Source: Acaryochloris marina S15 (GTDB lineage Bacteria > Cyanobacteriota > Cyanobacteriia > Thermosynechococcales > Thermosynechococcaceae). Taken from it: DNA of 32,000 nt. Under the pieces are notes generated by a model, which saw only the letters and a program-made list of their open reading frames with translations, had not been told where the DNA came from and searched no databases. Location: NCBI RefSeq assembly GCF_018336915.1, contig NZ_CP064923.1:5820001-5852000 (forward strand). Direction: 5' to 3'. Of this stretch, positions 17,125 through 27,459 are shown piece after piece. Numbering within the stretch: position 1 is the first letter of the stretch; the number at the start of each line of letters is the position of its first letter. A program made the translations under genes and the position numbers.

Positions 17125-17826
17125 TTAAGTTTGTCCCCATTCAAATCTGCAATTGTGAAACCGTCGGTGGATCAAGGAGACCAGATCAATCTGAACACTC
17201 CAAACTCCTTCTCCCGTAAAATCTTCACCAATTTGGAGTAACAAAACATCTGCTTCCTGAGTGATGGCTTTAATGGTTTCTTCATGCTTTTGGCAATGGG
17301 TATAGATGCCATAGATCTTGGATTTCTCACTGCCAGCATGGTCATCCCATAGCATATCTCCTTCGTCATATCCATCTAGGTCTTCTCCTGCCTCACAATA
17401 ACGATATCTAGATCTGAAATCCTCTTTTTCATTAAAAATGTCGTTGACGAGACAACCGTCATAAAACCAGCCGTCATGTTCCCGAATAATGCGAGTCAAT
17501 TGGTTCGCTTCAACATTTGCATACAGAACCTTTCCATGTTCGCCACTGTTACTGATAAAAAAATATAAGAATCCTGTTTTGGGTAGAAAATCTAAGGGAT
17601 CAAAAGCAGAAAATTTCTTCAGGTCTAATTGAGCCGTGAAAAACATATTCTTTGGATAATCCAATGATTCTGGTAGGTCCACAATTGGGCCACCAATACG
17701 AGAGGCACCCAGAGCAAAATCAACAGAGGTGTGATCTATATCGTCTTCCTTCATGTAACTACTACAGTTCAAGGATTTTGGATAATACCGTTGTGAGGCA
17801 GGCGTAAATCGGATAATTTTGTACAT
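17125..17826 (-). CDS. DUF1963 (YwqG-like) domain protein
   Basis: SRIGGPIVDLPESLDYP..MFFTAQLDL..LPKTGFLYFFI and the C-terminal LLLQIGED..GEGVWSV match the DUF1963 pattern. The gene is AT-rich. ATG 17826 lies just inside TTG 17829. Confidence 0.7.
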   Translation of the reverse strand: MYKIIRFTPASQRYYPKSLNCSSYMKEDDIDHTSVDFALGASRIGGPIVDLPESLDYPKNMFFTAQLDLKKFSAFDPLDFLPKTGFLYFFISNSGEHGKVLYANVEANQLTRIIREHDGWFYDGCLVNDIFNEKEDFRSRYRYCEAGEDLDGYDEGDMLWDDHAGSEKSKIYGIYTHCQKHEETIKAITQEADVLLLQIGEDFTGEGVWSVQIDLVSLIHRRFHNCRFEWGQT

Positions 17827-18059
17827 CAAAAAGCCTATAAATCAATTACCTACTCAGACTTTAGGGTGAAGTGATATACCCCCTCTCTATCATCAGTTTT
17901 CCCTGCTTGAGCAGGAGATTCACTTTAGTTTCGCTAACACTATATGGTTGCAGTGCAAGAATCTGGGTTAGGGGGATACTGCATGACTGATAGCTGGTAG
18001 ACGATACCAGGCTGTTCTAAGATAACCAGCATCAAGACCAGCACCATCTTTATTCCCTG

Positions 18060-18632
18060 ATGTCTTGCGGTCTGAGTAAATCCTTGGTAACCAAATTCAT
18101 GACTGCTGACCATCCTTTATCAGCTCAACAACAAGAGCTAAGCTGCCTCGACTTTCGTATTCTGGAAGTGACGCCAGACACGATTATTGCGGCTCGGCGG
18201 ACCTTTAATTGGGAATGCCTGTTGACGTGGGTCAACTACACCGTCTTTGTTCGTCGTGTTCCCCTCCTCAATGCTCAGGTCATGGAAGCCGATCAACAGA
18301 CCTTAATGCAGAAGGCTCAGCAGGCCAATCAGTCGCCCTTGCCTAGAGGATTTCAATCCGGCAATGCGGTTTTAGTGGCTTACATCGCCGACCAAGTGGA
18401 TTTGGAAGCTCGCCAACTGTGTCAGCGAAAAACTAAGATTCGCTTTGCCCAGTTTTATGTGCCCGCTGCCTCAGATCAGGACGGACAAGCCTATCTGATC
18501 ACAAAGACGCCTCTATGGGGATTTATCTACTATGTCAAATTTCGCTACATCCTTAACCGCCTCTTAAAGCCCATAGGAACACCGAATCAAGAACCCCGGT
18601 CAACCGCTGGTCTGATCCTCCAGCAATTGTAA
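18060..18632 (+). CDS. Hypothetical protein, 3' end replaced by IS insertion (the ancestral C-terminal TM anchor now lies at 20062-20124)
   Basis: The ORF runs into IR-L and stops at a TAA inside the IS (..STAGLIL-QQL*). Removing the IS and one TSD copy restores ..STAGLIL-TGVFVLYMLFLVVILATIFN*. ATG 18099 is an alternative start. Confidence 0.6.
   Translation: MSCGLSKSLVTKFMTADHPLSAQQQELSCLDFRILEVTPDTIIAARRTFNWECLLTWVNYTVFVRRVPLLNAQVMEADQQTLMQKAQQANQSPLPRGFQSGNAVLVAYIADQVDLEARQLCQRKTKIRFAQFYVPAASDQDGQAYLITKTPLWGFIYYVKFRYILNRLLKPIGTPNQEPRSTAGLILQQL
18612..18620. repeat. Left target-site duplication CTGATCCTC
   Basis: An identical 9-mer directly abuts both IS ends (18612-18620 and 20053-20061). 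Confidence 0.85.
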
Positions 18633-20052
18633 ATTCAAAATTTTGGCAAGCTAGGTTGTAGTCGTTGAGGATGTATTCATACACTTGCAGAGCCCCAGAC
18701 GATGAATGAAGGTGTTCTAAATTTCCCTCTCTTACTGCACTGGCTACATCAGCTCATTGAGCACCTCGATGATCCACGTCAACCCAGTAATGGCACCAAA
18801 TTTAGTCTCAAAGATATTGTATTAGGCGCATTTGCTGTCTTCTTTATGCAATGTCCTTCGTTTCTGGAGTACCAACGCCATGTTCATAGTCGTCATGGTC
18901 GTGACAACGCCCAAGCCCTCTTTGAGTTAACAGAACTCCCCACGAGCAACCAAATCAAGAATGTTTTGGACTTGATCGCATTTCGTCTTCTGTTTCCCAT
19001 TTTTTATCAAATTTATAGCGTTCTCCTACGACGAGGTTATCTAGAGCAATATAAGGTTCTAGGTGGACACCTGTTGGTAGGGCTAGACGGCAGCGAGTAT
19101 TTTTCCTCAAACTGGATTTGTTGCGATCAGTGTTCTACCAAAACCCATCGGGATGGGAGTGTCACCTATACGCACACCGCCGTGTTGCCCGTCCTCGTTT
19201 GTCCGGAAATTGAACATGTCATTTCTCTGGCCCCAGAGTTCATTCGTCCTCAAGATGGTGCGGAGAAACAGGATAGTGAAACCGCTGCGGCCAAACGGTG
19301 GATCAAGGGGCATGCTCAAGGGTTTGACGGAGCCAAGATTACGGTTCTTGGCGATGACCTCTATAGCCGTCAACCGATGGTGGAGACTTGTTTAGAGGAT
19401 GAGTTGAACTTCATTTTTGTCTGTTTGCCCTCCTCCCATCCAGAGCTATATGAATGGGTAGAGTATTTAGAAGGTATTGGAGATGTTGAGCATCTAGAGA
19501 CTCGGGGCTGGAACGGTCGCTATCATGAAATTTGTCAGTATCGCTATTACAATCGCATCCCCCTGCGTGAGGAGCTACCAGCAGTGATGGTCAACTGGTG
19601 CGAAGTCTCTGTTACTCGTGCTGCTGATGGAAAGACTATGTATCACAACGCGTTCATTACTCACCATTTCATCAATGACCAAAGTGTGGCCGAGATTGTC
19701 AGTGCTGGACGTGCCCGATGGAAAGCGGAGAATGAAGGACACAATGTCCTCAAAACCAAGGGCTATCACTTAGAACATAATTTTGGTCATGGTCAGAAGA
19801 ACCTTGCTGCTGTGCTATTGGTACTCAACCTGTTGGCATTCTTATTTCATACCGTCTTGCACTTGGTGGACTCCACTTATCAACGCATGCGAAAGCAACG
19901 GGGAACCCGACAAGGCTTTTTTCACGATATTCAGACTTTGACCAAATACTTGCTCTTTGAGAGTTGGGAGCATTTGCTCCAGTTTATGTTGGATGATCCA
20001 GAGCCTCGAATAGCAGCCGATACCTCATGAAATATTGAATTTACAATTGCTG
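18621..20052 (+). mobile_element. Intact 1,432-bp insertion sequence (IS4/IS5-superfamily-like DDE element)
   Basis: Perfect 18-bp terminal inverted repeats CAGCAATTGTAAATTCAA sit at 18621-18638 and, as the reverse complement, at 20035-20052. The element has 9-bp flanking direct repeats and a single transposase ORF filling it. Confidence 0.9.
18702..20030 (+). CDS. DDE transposase (IS4-like; exact IS family not assigned)
   Basis: 442 aa. Candidate catalytic residues lie in LVGLDGSEYF, VLGDDLYS and GRARWKAENEGHNVLKTKGYHLEHNFGHG (RWxxEN-type motif). Confidence 0.8.
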   Translation: MNEGVLNFPLLLHWLHQLIEHLDDPRQPSNGTKFSLKDIVLGAFAVFFMQCPSFLEYQRHVHSRHGRDNAQALFELTELPTSNQIKNVLDLIAFRLLFPIFYQIYSVLLRRGYLEQYKVLGGHLLVGLDGSEYFSSNWICCDQCSTKTHRDGSVTYTHTAVLPVLVCPEIEHVISLAPEFIRPQDGAEKQDSETAAAKRWIKGHAQGFDGAKITVLGDDLYSRQPMVETCLEDELNFIFVCLPSSHPELYEWVEYLEGIGDVEHLETRGWNGRYHEICQYRYYNRIPLREELPAVMVNWCEVSVTRAADGKTMYHNAFITHHFINDQSVAEIVSAGRARWKAENEGHNVLKTKGYHLEHNFGHGQKNLAAVLLVLNLLAFLFHTVLHLVDSTYQRMRKQRGTRQGFFHDIQTLTKYLLFESWEHLLQFMLDDPEPRIAADTS

Positions 20053-20061
20053 CTGATCCTC
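20053..20061. repeat. Right target-site duplication CTGATCCTC
   Basis: See the left copy. Confidence 0.85.
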
Positions 20062-20285
20062 ACAGGGGTATTTGTCCTATATATGCTGTTTTTGGTAGTG
20101 ATTCTGGCGACGATCTTTAATTAGTCATGGATTCTTAGACCTAGATGGTGACCCATCGGTTGGGCTGGCGTTCTGCTCTCAGCAAATCCTCAAGTTTATT
20201 TATGAACCTCTCAGGAGCAGATCAAATCCCTCTCAAAATGTCCAGGCATTATTAGAGATAAGTTCAGTCTTACAGGGAAATAGTT

Positions 20286-20744
20286 ATGAAACGTCTTGCT
20301 TTTGGAACCTTATCCGCTTTTCTGCTAGCTACTAGCGTCATTCAACCCAGCTTGGCCTTAGAGTCTGTTGTCCAAGGTAATGCGAATGGATCGTCTTTTC
20401 TCGTTGCTAAGAAATCGGTCATCTCATCTGGACAGTTTGTCACCGTTAAAAAACAGTCCACGGGTTCTGCTCAAATTATTTCTAAAGGCGGTAAGCGCTA
20501 TTTGGAATTGAGCACTGATTTTAGTACGGGTAAAGGCCCTGATGTAAAAGTAGTCTTGTCCCGCCAATCCCAGGTTCCCGGCTCCATTGAGGAAGGAACT
20601 TATATAACCCTGGCTCCTCTACAACAGTTTCAGGGTAAGCAACTCTATGAAATTCCTAGCGACATTGATTTAGCGGATTATGCATCAGTTGCTCTATGGT
20701 GCAAACAGTTTAACGTCACTTTTGGGTATGCTCCCCTCAGTTAA
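20286..20744 (+). CDS. Secreted DM13-domain protein
   Basis: It has a signal peptide (LLATSVIQPSLALE). GQFVTV...GSAQII..GKRYLELSTDFSTGKGPDVKVVLS...LQQFQGKQLYEIP...YASVALWCKQFNVTFGYAPL matches the DM13 pattern. Confidence 0.7.
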   Translation: MKRLAFGTLSAFLLATSVIQPSLALESVVQGNANGSSFLVAKKSVISSGQFVTVKKQSTGSAQIISKGGKRYLELSTDFSTGKGPDVKVVLSRQSQVPGSIEEGTYITLAPLQQFQGKQLYEIPSDIDLADYASVALWCKQFNVTFGYAPLS

Positions 20745-21252
20745 TGACAGGATGGGGGATGACTGTTCTAAAAATCTGGACTGCAACAGCTTATCCCAAA
20801 TTCTTTCTCAATCCTTTTCATGTGAATAGTGTTCGCCCGAGTCTCTTGTACCTAGATGGGGTAATCTTCTAAGCGCTTCCAGGAGATTGCCCCATTTTCA
20901 TGGAAACAGACGTGTGCGGCTAATCGCTGGTCCTGAAATCAAAAAATGTGTCTGATTATGCCTGAAATGTAAGCTTAATCGAGCATTTTCAAGTATTAAA
21001 AGGGTTGGTCGATAATTTTCAGGACTGATTTTATGATATACACTTCCTGAAAGAATATTGCTCTAGATTTGGAGGAGTGACTGACTCCCTCGATTGAACT
21101 ATTAATTTGCATGGCTCCAGACATCATTGCAGGTCAAAATTCATTGTGAGTTATTGATCTTCAGGGTTGGATTTGCCTATCTAGAGAAGTTCGGTTATCT
21201 GGACAATAACCCGATATTTTAGTTCGGGCCTTGGGGCTACAATAGATTAGCT

Positions 21253-21279
21253 TTGGCACTCTCCTCTTGAGAGTGCTAG
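21253..21279 (+). promoter_or_regulatory. CIRCE (HrcA operator) upstream of groEL
   Basis: TTGGCACTC-N9-GAGTGCTAG compared with the consensus TTAGCACTC-N9-GAGTGCTAA: one mismatch per arm and exact 9-nt spacing. A TACAAT -10-like hexamer sits at 21238-21243, immediately upstream. Confidence 0.85.
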
Positions 21280-21318
21280 TTTACTGACAAACATGAAACG
21301 TTGTCTGTAATTCACTGA

Positions 21319-23031
<1,713 letters not shown>

Positions 23032-23055
23032 AATCTTGCCGACCTAATACCGGTC

Positions 23056-23087
23056 TAAGTCTTCCAAAACAGCCTGTAGTGATGCAG
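23056..23087 (+). terminator. Rho-independent terminator of groEL
   Basis: Stem AAAACAGCCTG / CAGGCTGTTTT with an 8-nt loop, ending in a T6 run. Confidence 0.8.
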
Positions 23088-23458
23088 GCTGTTTTTTGAT
23101 GTGTTGATGTTGGATTCCCAGAGAGCCTGGGGCGAAGGATATATACGATCAGATCGCTTTGGGGCAACAGTCATGAGTCGGGTCATGCACAATGAAGAGT
23201 GCAAAGATTTTTATATTCCTAGGCCAAAAAGTATCAAACACTACAGAAAAGTTGTACTTAAGTAAATTTTAAGCTTTTAATAGGGTTTCGTTAGTGGATC
23301 TTTAATTTGAAAAGGGTATTATTAGATACAGAAATGAATCGTTCATCTTGCATTACTGATCTGTTTGATTCCTGATCAAGGGTAAGTCAGCAAGACGGAA
23401 GTAAGGCATTTACCTGAAGGAACGCGCCTCATCCCATATATTCGGTCGGAGGCCAACC

Positions 23459-23905
23459 GTGAAATATTCCTATCGTGGTGTCGAGTACACCCGTGTTTCT
23501 CCCTCAGTAGAAGTCACAGAAACTGAAATTATCGGCCACTATCGTGGCACTCCCTGCCGCCGCCGGCAGTATGCAACTACGGATCTTCATCAACCCACTC
23601 ACGTTATGACTTATCGTGGCGTTGAGTATGGTCAAGAAGTGAACAACTCTACGACCCGTCGAGAGCCCGTCTTTTCTCCAACACCCCAAATCCCCGATGT
23701 TGTCCCTCAATCCATTGCTGTGGGTGCAGCCATGAATTATGCCAGACCCTCAGGACGTCTGGGTCTTCGGGATGTCTCTGACTTAGAGAAGGTTCATAAC
23801 ACCTTTATTCGCCAGACTTTAGAGCATCGTCTTGCCGTTGCCAAACGCAAGGGTGATCAGGGGTTAGTTCAAATGCTAGAGCAAGAGCAGCATCAGTTGA
23901 ATTAA
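23459..23905 (+). CDS. DUF4278-domain protein (cyanobacteria-specific)
   Basis: GTG start preceded by GGAGG. It has repeated YRGVEY motifs (MKYSYRGVEYTR, MTYRGVEYGQ) and a C-terminal LEHRLAVAKRKGDQGLVQMLEQE helix typical of DUF4278. Confidence 0.75.
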   Translation: MKYSYRGVEYTRVSPSVEVTETEIIGHYRGTPCRRRQYATTDLHQPTHVMTYRGVEYGQEVNNSTTRREPVFSPTPQIPDVVPQSIAVGAAMNYARPSGRLGLRDVSDLEKVHNTFIRQTLEHRLAVAKRKGDQGLVQMLEQEQHQLN

Positions 23906-23936
23906 CGCTGATCCGCTAGTACAAGTTACTAAAAGC

Positions 23937-23964
23937 AATGCCCTCGATTATCGAGGGCATTTTT
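23937..23964 (+). terminator. Rho-independent terminator of the DUF4278 gene
   Basis: 11-bp stem AATGCCCTCGA / TCGAGGGCATT with a 3-nt loop, followed by Ts. Confidence 0.75.
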
Positions 23965-24067
23965 GTGATTGATAGGCTAGCAGACATTAGCGAACAAAAT
24001 ATAATCCTCTGAACAGATCCTCAAGCAAACTAATGGCTTATGGGGGACTGACGCTAATCAGGCTAAT

Positions 24068-24298
24068 CTAATCTATCGCTTTCAATAATTGTGAACGCTC
24101 TAAGGTCGCTTGCCCAAAGCCAGGAATCCATGCAATCCAGTGGTCTTGAACACCAGGGCAAAGCAGTAAAGCGGTATCTTCGCTGTATTCAGACAGGGAA
24201 TTGCGGAGCTGTACCCATTGATGTGCCTTAGGAACGAAAACCTCTGATGAGGGTGATGCTGCTATGGGTTGTTGAGGCTTTTTCGTAGGAATATTCAT
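24068..24298 (-). CDS. Small conserved-looking hypothetical protein (76 aa)
   Basis: The ORF starts at ATG 24298. The C-terminal half (YSEDTALLLCPGVQDHWIAWIPGFGQATLERSQL) resembles a small cyanobacterial family recalled from memory. No function is known. Confidence 0.45.
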   Translation of the reverse strand: MNIPTKKPQQPIAASPSSEVFVPKAHQWVQLRNSLSEYSEDTALLLCPGVQDHWIAWIPGFGQATLERSQLLKAID

Positions 24299-24569
24299 CA
24301 CTAAGCTAAAATCCGTATCTTTTGATACAGAAATTTTATAGCTCTTTCAGGCTGTTTTGGCTGTCTATGGTGAAACTTAACCTGTTACCCAGAGACATGA
24401 TACGTACTCCAATCCTTTGCCTAGAAGCGATCTGCAGGAACAATAAAGGTGGGGGATGTTACATAAAAGGCACAAAACCACATATTTGTATGGGTTTCTA
24501 TAGGATTTGAGGCTTGTTCAATCACTTTTTTTATGGTCTAATCTGGCAAAATTCGCATTTGCGTTTTCC

Positions 24570-24677
24570 ATGACTACCCTCAATCCTTCGCTGCTTATTC
24601 TGACGATTGCTTCGGGATATTTATTCACTATCTATATGGTCTTAGGGCTTATAAAACAGATTGATCAGCTCCATTAA
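24570..24677 (+). CDS. Candidate 35-aa single-TM micro-protein (below the ORF-track cutoff)
   Basis: ATG..TAA encodes MTTLNPSLLILTIASGYLFTIYMVLGLIKQIDQLH, with one clear hydrophobic helix. A GC-rich hairpin at 24682-24709 lies 5 nt after the stop. There is no obvious SD, and I do not recognise it as a known photosystem or cytochrome b6f small subunit. Confidence 0.3.
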   Translation: MTTLNPSLLILTIASGYLFTIYMVLGLIKQIDQLH

Positions 24678-24783
24678 ATATCCCCCCAAAAGACTGGCCT
24701 TTTGGGGGGTATGGGTGACTGGATCTGTAATGCGCCTGAGGAGCAATTGCTAGAACTGCTCTAGGCGGTAGAAAGCCGTGGAT

Positions 24784-25794
24784 CTATTCAACGGCTTTAG
24801 CTACGTCTCCAACCTTAAAACCTGTGCCGGTCAGAATCTTGCCGACAGAGGATTGAGCATCGACTTCTGTCAACTGAATGCGGCCCATGGATTCCGTTTG
24901 GCGTTTAAGTAGTTTGCCAGTGGTGGGGTCCTTAATATCTTTGATCACGCGTTCCACAGACATCACCATGCCGGGTCGAAATCCATGGGCACCCCCTTTA
25001 TTCAGAGTAATTTGGTTACCAGTGATGTCGGCGACCACCATCTCTTCTACGGGTAGTACTGATGGTAGTGCAGATAATTGGGGAGCAACAGCGGTGAGTT
25101 TGGTCACGATATTATTGACGGCTTGACTAGACGCTTCACCCAGGAGTCTGTCACTGCTATCAGAGTCAGTATCGACGCCAATCCCAAAAACACGACCCGT
25201 TCCTTCACTTTTATCGGCTTGGCCTTTCCCCTCTGCTGCCGTGAGAATTTCTCCGGTAGCGGTGCTCACTAACCGGGTAGAAAGTTGAACAGTGGCCAAC
25301 TGTTTCTTTTTCTTTCCGCCGATGCCGAAAAAGCCGCCAACAGAGCCACCTTTGGATTGCTCTTCAACATTGAACTGGGTAATTGAACCGACGAGCACTG
25401 CATCTACACCTAATACTCGGCCAATTTGAACTGCAGTTGTGGGTTCAATACGACCAGACTGTCCAAAATTCTGCTCTGCTAGGATAGCCTCAATTTTGCT
25501 GCGCTCAACCATGATATAGGTGCCATCTTTCACTAGTTCATTAGTGAGCAAGTTGCTGATGCCTTTAGATGCCCCATTGTTGCCATATAACCCGTAACTG
25601 AGACCTGTTTTGCTAACGCTGGCCATGTCGAAGTCTAAAACAGCAATACGTCGGCTTTCTTTAGGTTTAATGGTCTCGACACCAATGCCTGGTGTTGCTG
25701 AAGGGTTGGCATAGACGGAACCCGGAACGCAAAAAGCCGTGAGGACTGTGAGGGCAATAGAAAGTTTAGCAATAGGTAAAACGGTGTGTTTCAT
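24784..25794 (-). CDS. CsgG/HfaB-family (curli-transporter-like, COG1462) periplasmic/outer-membrane protein
   Basis: It has a signal peptide. RRIAVLDFDMASV...GISNLLTNELVKDGTYIMVERSKIEAILAEQNFGQSGRI...QIGRVLGVDAVLVGSITQF matches the CsgG core. An extra C-terminal ~90-aa beta-rich domain is present. Confidence 0.7.
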   Translation of the reverse strand: MKHTVLPIAKLSIALTVLTAFCVPGSVYANPSATPGIGVETIKPKESRRIAVLDFDMASVSKTGLSYGLYGNNGASKGISNLLTNELVKDGTYIMVERSKIEAILAEQNFGQSGRIEPTTAVQIGRVLGVDAVLVGSITQFNVEEQSKGGSVGGFFGIGGKKKKQLATVQLSTRLVSTATGEILTAAEGKGQADKSEGTGRVFGIGVDTDSDSSDRLLGEASSQAVNNIVTKLTAVAPQLSALPSVLPVEEMVVADITGNQITLNKGGAHGFRPGMVMSVERVIKDIKDPTTGKLLKRQTESMGRIQLTEVDAQSSVGKILTGTGFKVGDVAKAVE

Positions 25795-25891
25795 TAAAGT
25801 AGCGTCCAGTAAATCCTTAAAGGTTGTGACGGTAGTGAAGAAGATTCAGTTTCCAGATCTTGATAGATAGAATCTAAACGAAGAAAAAAGT

Positions 25892-27148
25892 TTAGCGATC
25901 GCAGATGGTCCGAATGGACTGTCGGCAATTTTTAGAGGCAATATTGATCGCTTCTAAAGCCCGCTGGTAGTCGGCTTGGTTGTTGTTCTTGAGAGCGAGA
26001 TCGGCGGCGGTGCGTAAATCAGTGAGGGCTTCTCCTTGTTGACCTTGGTTGAGGTAAACAATCCCCCGATTGTAGTAGAGAATGGCATGGTCTCCTTGGA
26101 GCTGGATGGCTTGGGAGTAATCTGCGATCGCACCACCGGCATCACCCAAAGACGATTGCACCAAAGCCCGACCAATATAGGCTTGCAGCAGGTTTTGGTC
26201 CAACTGAATGGCCTGATTGAAATCCTGTAAGGCGCCAGTCTGATCCTGTTTGACAAGGCGGATACTGCCTCGTAAGGCATAAGCTGGGGCAAATTTTGAA
26301 TTTTGGCCGATGGCTTGGGTGGTATTGCGCAATGCTCCTGCCATATTCCCCAGACGATATTGATCTAAGGCTTGCAGGTAAAAATCAGAAGCACTAGACG
26401 GCGCTGAAGGAACAGAGGCAATGGGTTTAATTGGAGTGGTGACGGTATTGGCTGGGGCCATTTTCAGGAAAGTATGAATCGGAATCCCGAGGTTAAACCC
26501 CGTTTTGATAAAGATATCGGGGTTGATATTTTGATTCTGAACGGTGGTGGTGGTGTCGGCGCGGCCATGAATGCCGAGCAGTTTGCCGTCTTTGTCTAGC
26601 ACCGGGCCACCGCTCATGCCGGGTAGGGTGTTGTTGGTATAGACCAGAGCATAGCCATCTGTCAGGGGACGGGTGGCATTGGCCGTAATCGTTCCGGTCG
26701 TGAAGTTATAGATAATATCTGTGAGGGCTTGAGTTCGACTGGGAAAACCAGCAACGTAGCTCTCACTCCCTTCTGAGAGTTTTTGAGAGTTACCAATTTT
26801 GACCACGGTATAGGTACGGTCACTGGTAAACTCCAGCATGGCTAAATCAACACCCGGAAATTTGGTGATTGTCTGTACATTGACTGGATATTCTTGGCCA
26901 TCATCGGTAATGACGATATATTCATCGACGGTGGCGACAACATGAGCGGCAGTCAACACCGTGTAACGATTGCCATTGCGTTTGATGATCACGCCGGATC
27001 CGGGGGCTTGGCTGTCGACCCGCACGGTGATCTGTTTGGCCACTTTGTTGATTTCGGCGGGACTGAGGGCGAGGGCAATTTGTGGTGCCAAAACGATGGC
27101 GGCAACCGTTCCCAAGAGCAGGGTGGAAAATTTTTGGGGAATGTTCAT
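25892..27148 (-). CDS. Secreted trypsin-like (S1) serine protease fused to C-terminal TPR repeats
   Basis: It has a signal peptide. The catalytic triad context is LTAAHVV, DLAMLEF and LPGMSGGPVLD. About 4-5 TPR-like repeats lie in the last ~170 aa. Confidence 0.85.
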   Translation of the reverse strand: MNIPQKFSTLLLGTVAAIVLAPQIALALSPAEINKVAKQITVRVDSQAPGSGVIIKRNGNRYTVLTAAHVVATVDEYIVITDDGQEYPVNVQTITKFPGVDLAMLEFTSDRTYTVVKIGNSQKLSEGSESYVAGFPSRTQALTDIIYNFTTGTITANATRPLTDGYALVYTNNTLPGMSGGPVLDKDGKLLGIHGRADTTTTVQNQNINPDIFIKTGFNLGIPIHTFLKMAPANTVTTPIKPIASVPSAPSSASDFYLQALDQYRLGNMAGALRNTTQAIGQNSKFAPAYALRGSIRLVKQDQTGALQDFNQAIQLDQNLLQAYIGRALVQSSLGDAGGAIADYSQAIQLQGDHAILYYNRGIVYLNQGQQGEALTDLRTAADLALKNNNQADYQRALEAINIASKNCRQSIRTICDR

Positions 27149-27162
27149 GCAGTGTCCTATAA

Positions 27163-27179
27163 ATATGCCAATGGCATAT
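27163..27179. repeat. 17-bp palindrome ATATGCCA-A-TGGCATAT flanked by direct ATAAAT hexamers
   Basis: The 8-nt arms are exact reverse complements around one central base. It lies 15-31 nt upstream of the protease ATG (27148) on the minus strand. Confidence 0.55.
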
Positions 27180-27459
27180 AAATCGATGCTTGAAGGGTGT
27201 ACTCAGTTGGCGTATGACTCTGAATCGAGGATACCCCAACCCGGATTTGGGTTAGACAAGGTTTTATTCTGATGAATAAAAACAAGCATCTGTTTTAATC
27301 TTAGCGACTTAATTTTACGGGACTAAGACTTGGATCACTTCCCACTCGTGATCTTTGAGCTTGTCTGTTCGGGTTGAAGCTGGTTTGTGAATGTCCGTTA
27401 TATTCTGAAGAGAAGTCTAAGCTGACCCGCTAGAATTTGCCGTTATGAGTTAGAGCACG

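Noticed and set aside
20996-21127. 43-codon minus-strand ORF (MMSGAMQINSSIEG...) in the groEL leader
   Set aside because: It has no recognisable family, no RBS and an AT-rich context. I kept it only as a possibility under the long-leader finding.
24322-24510. 62-aa plus-strand ORF
   Set aside because: It has no motif, an odd composition and no RBS or terminator context, so it is probably non-coding spacer.
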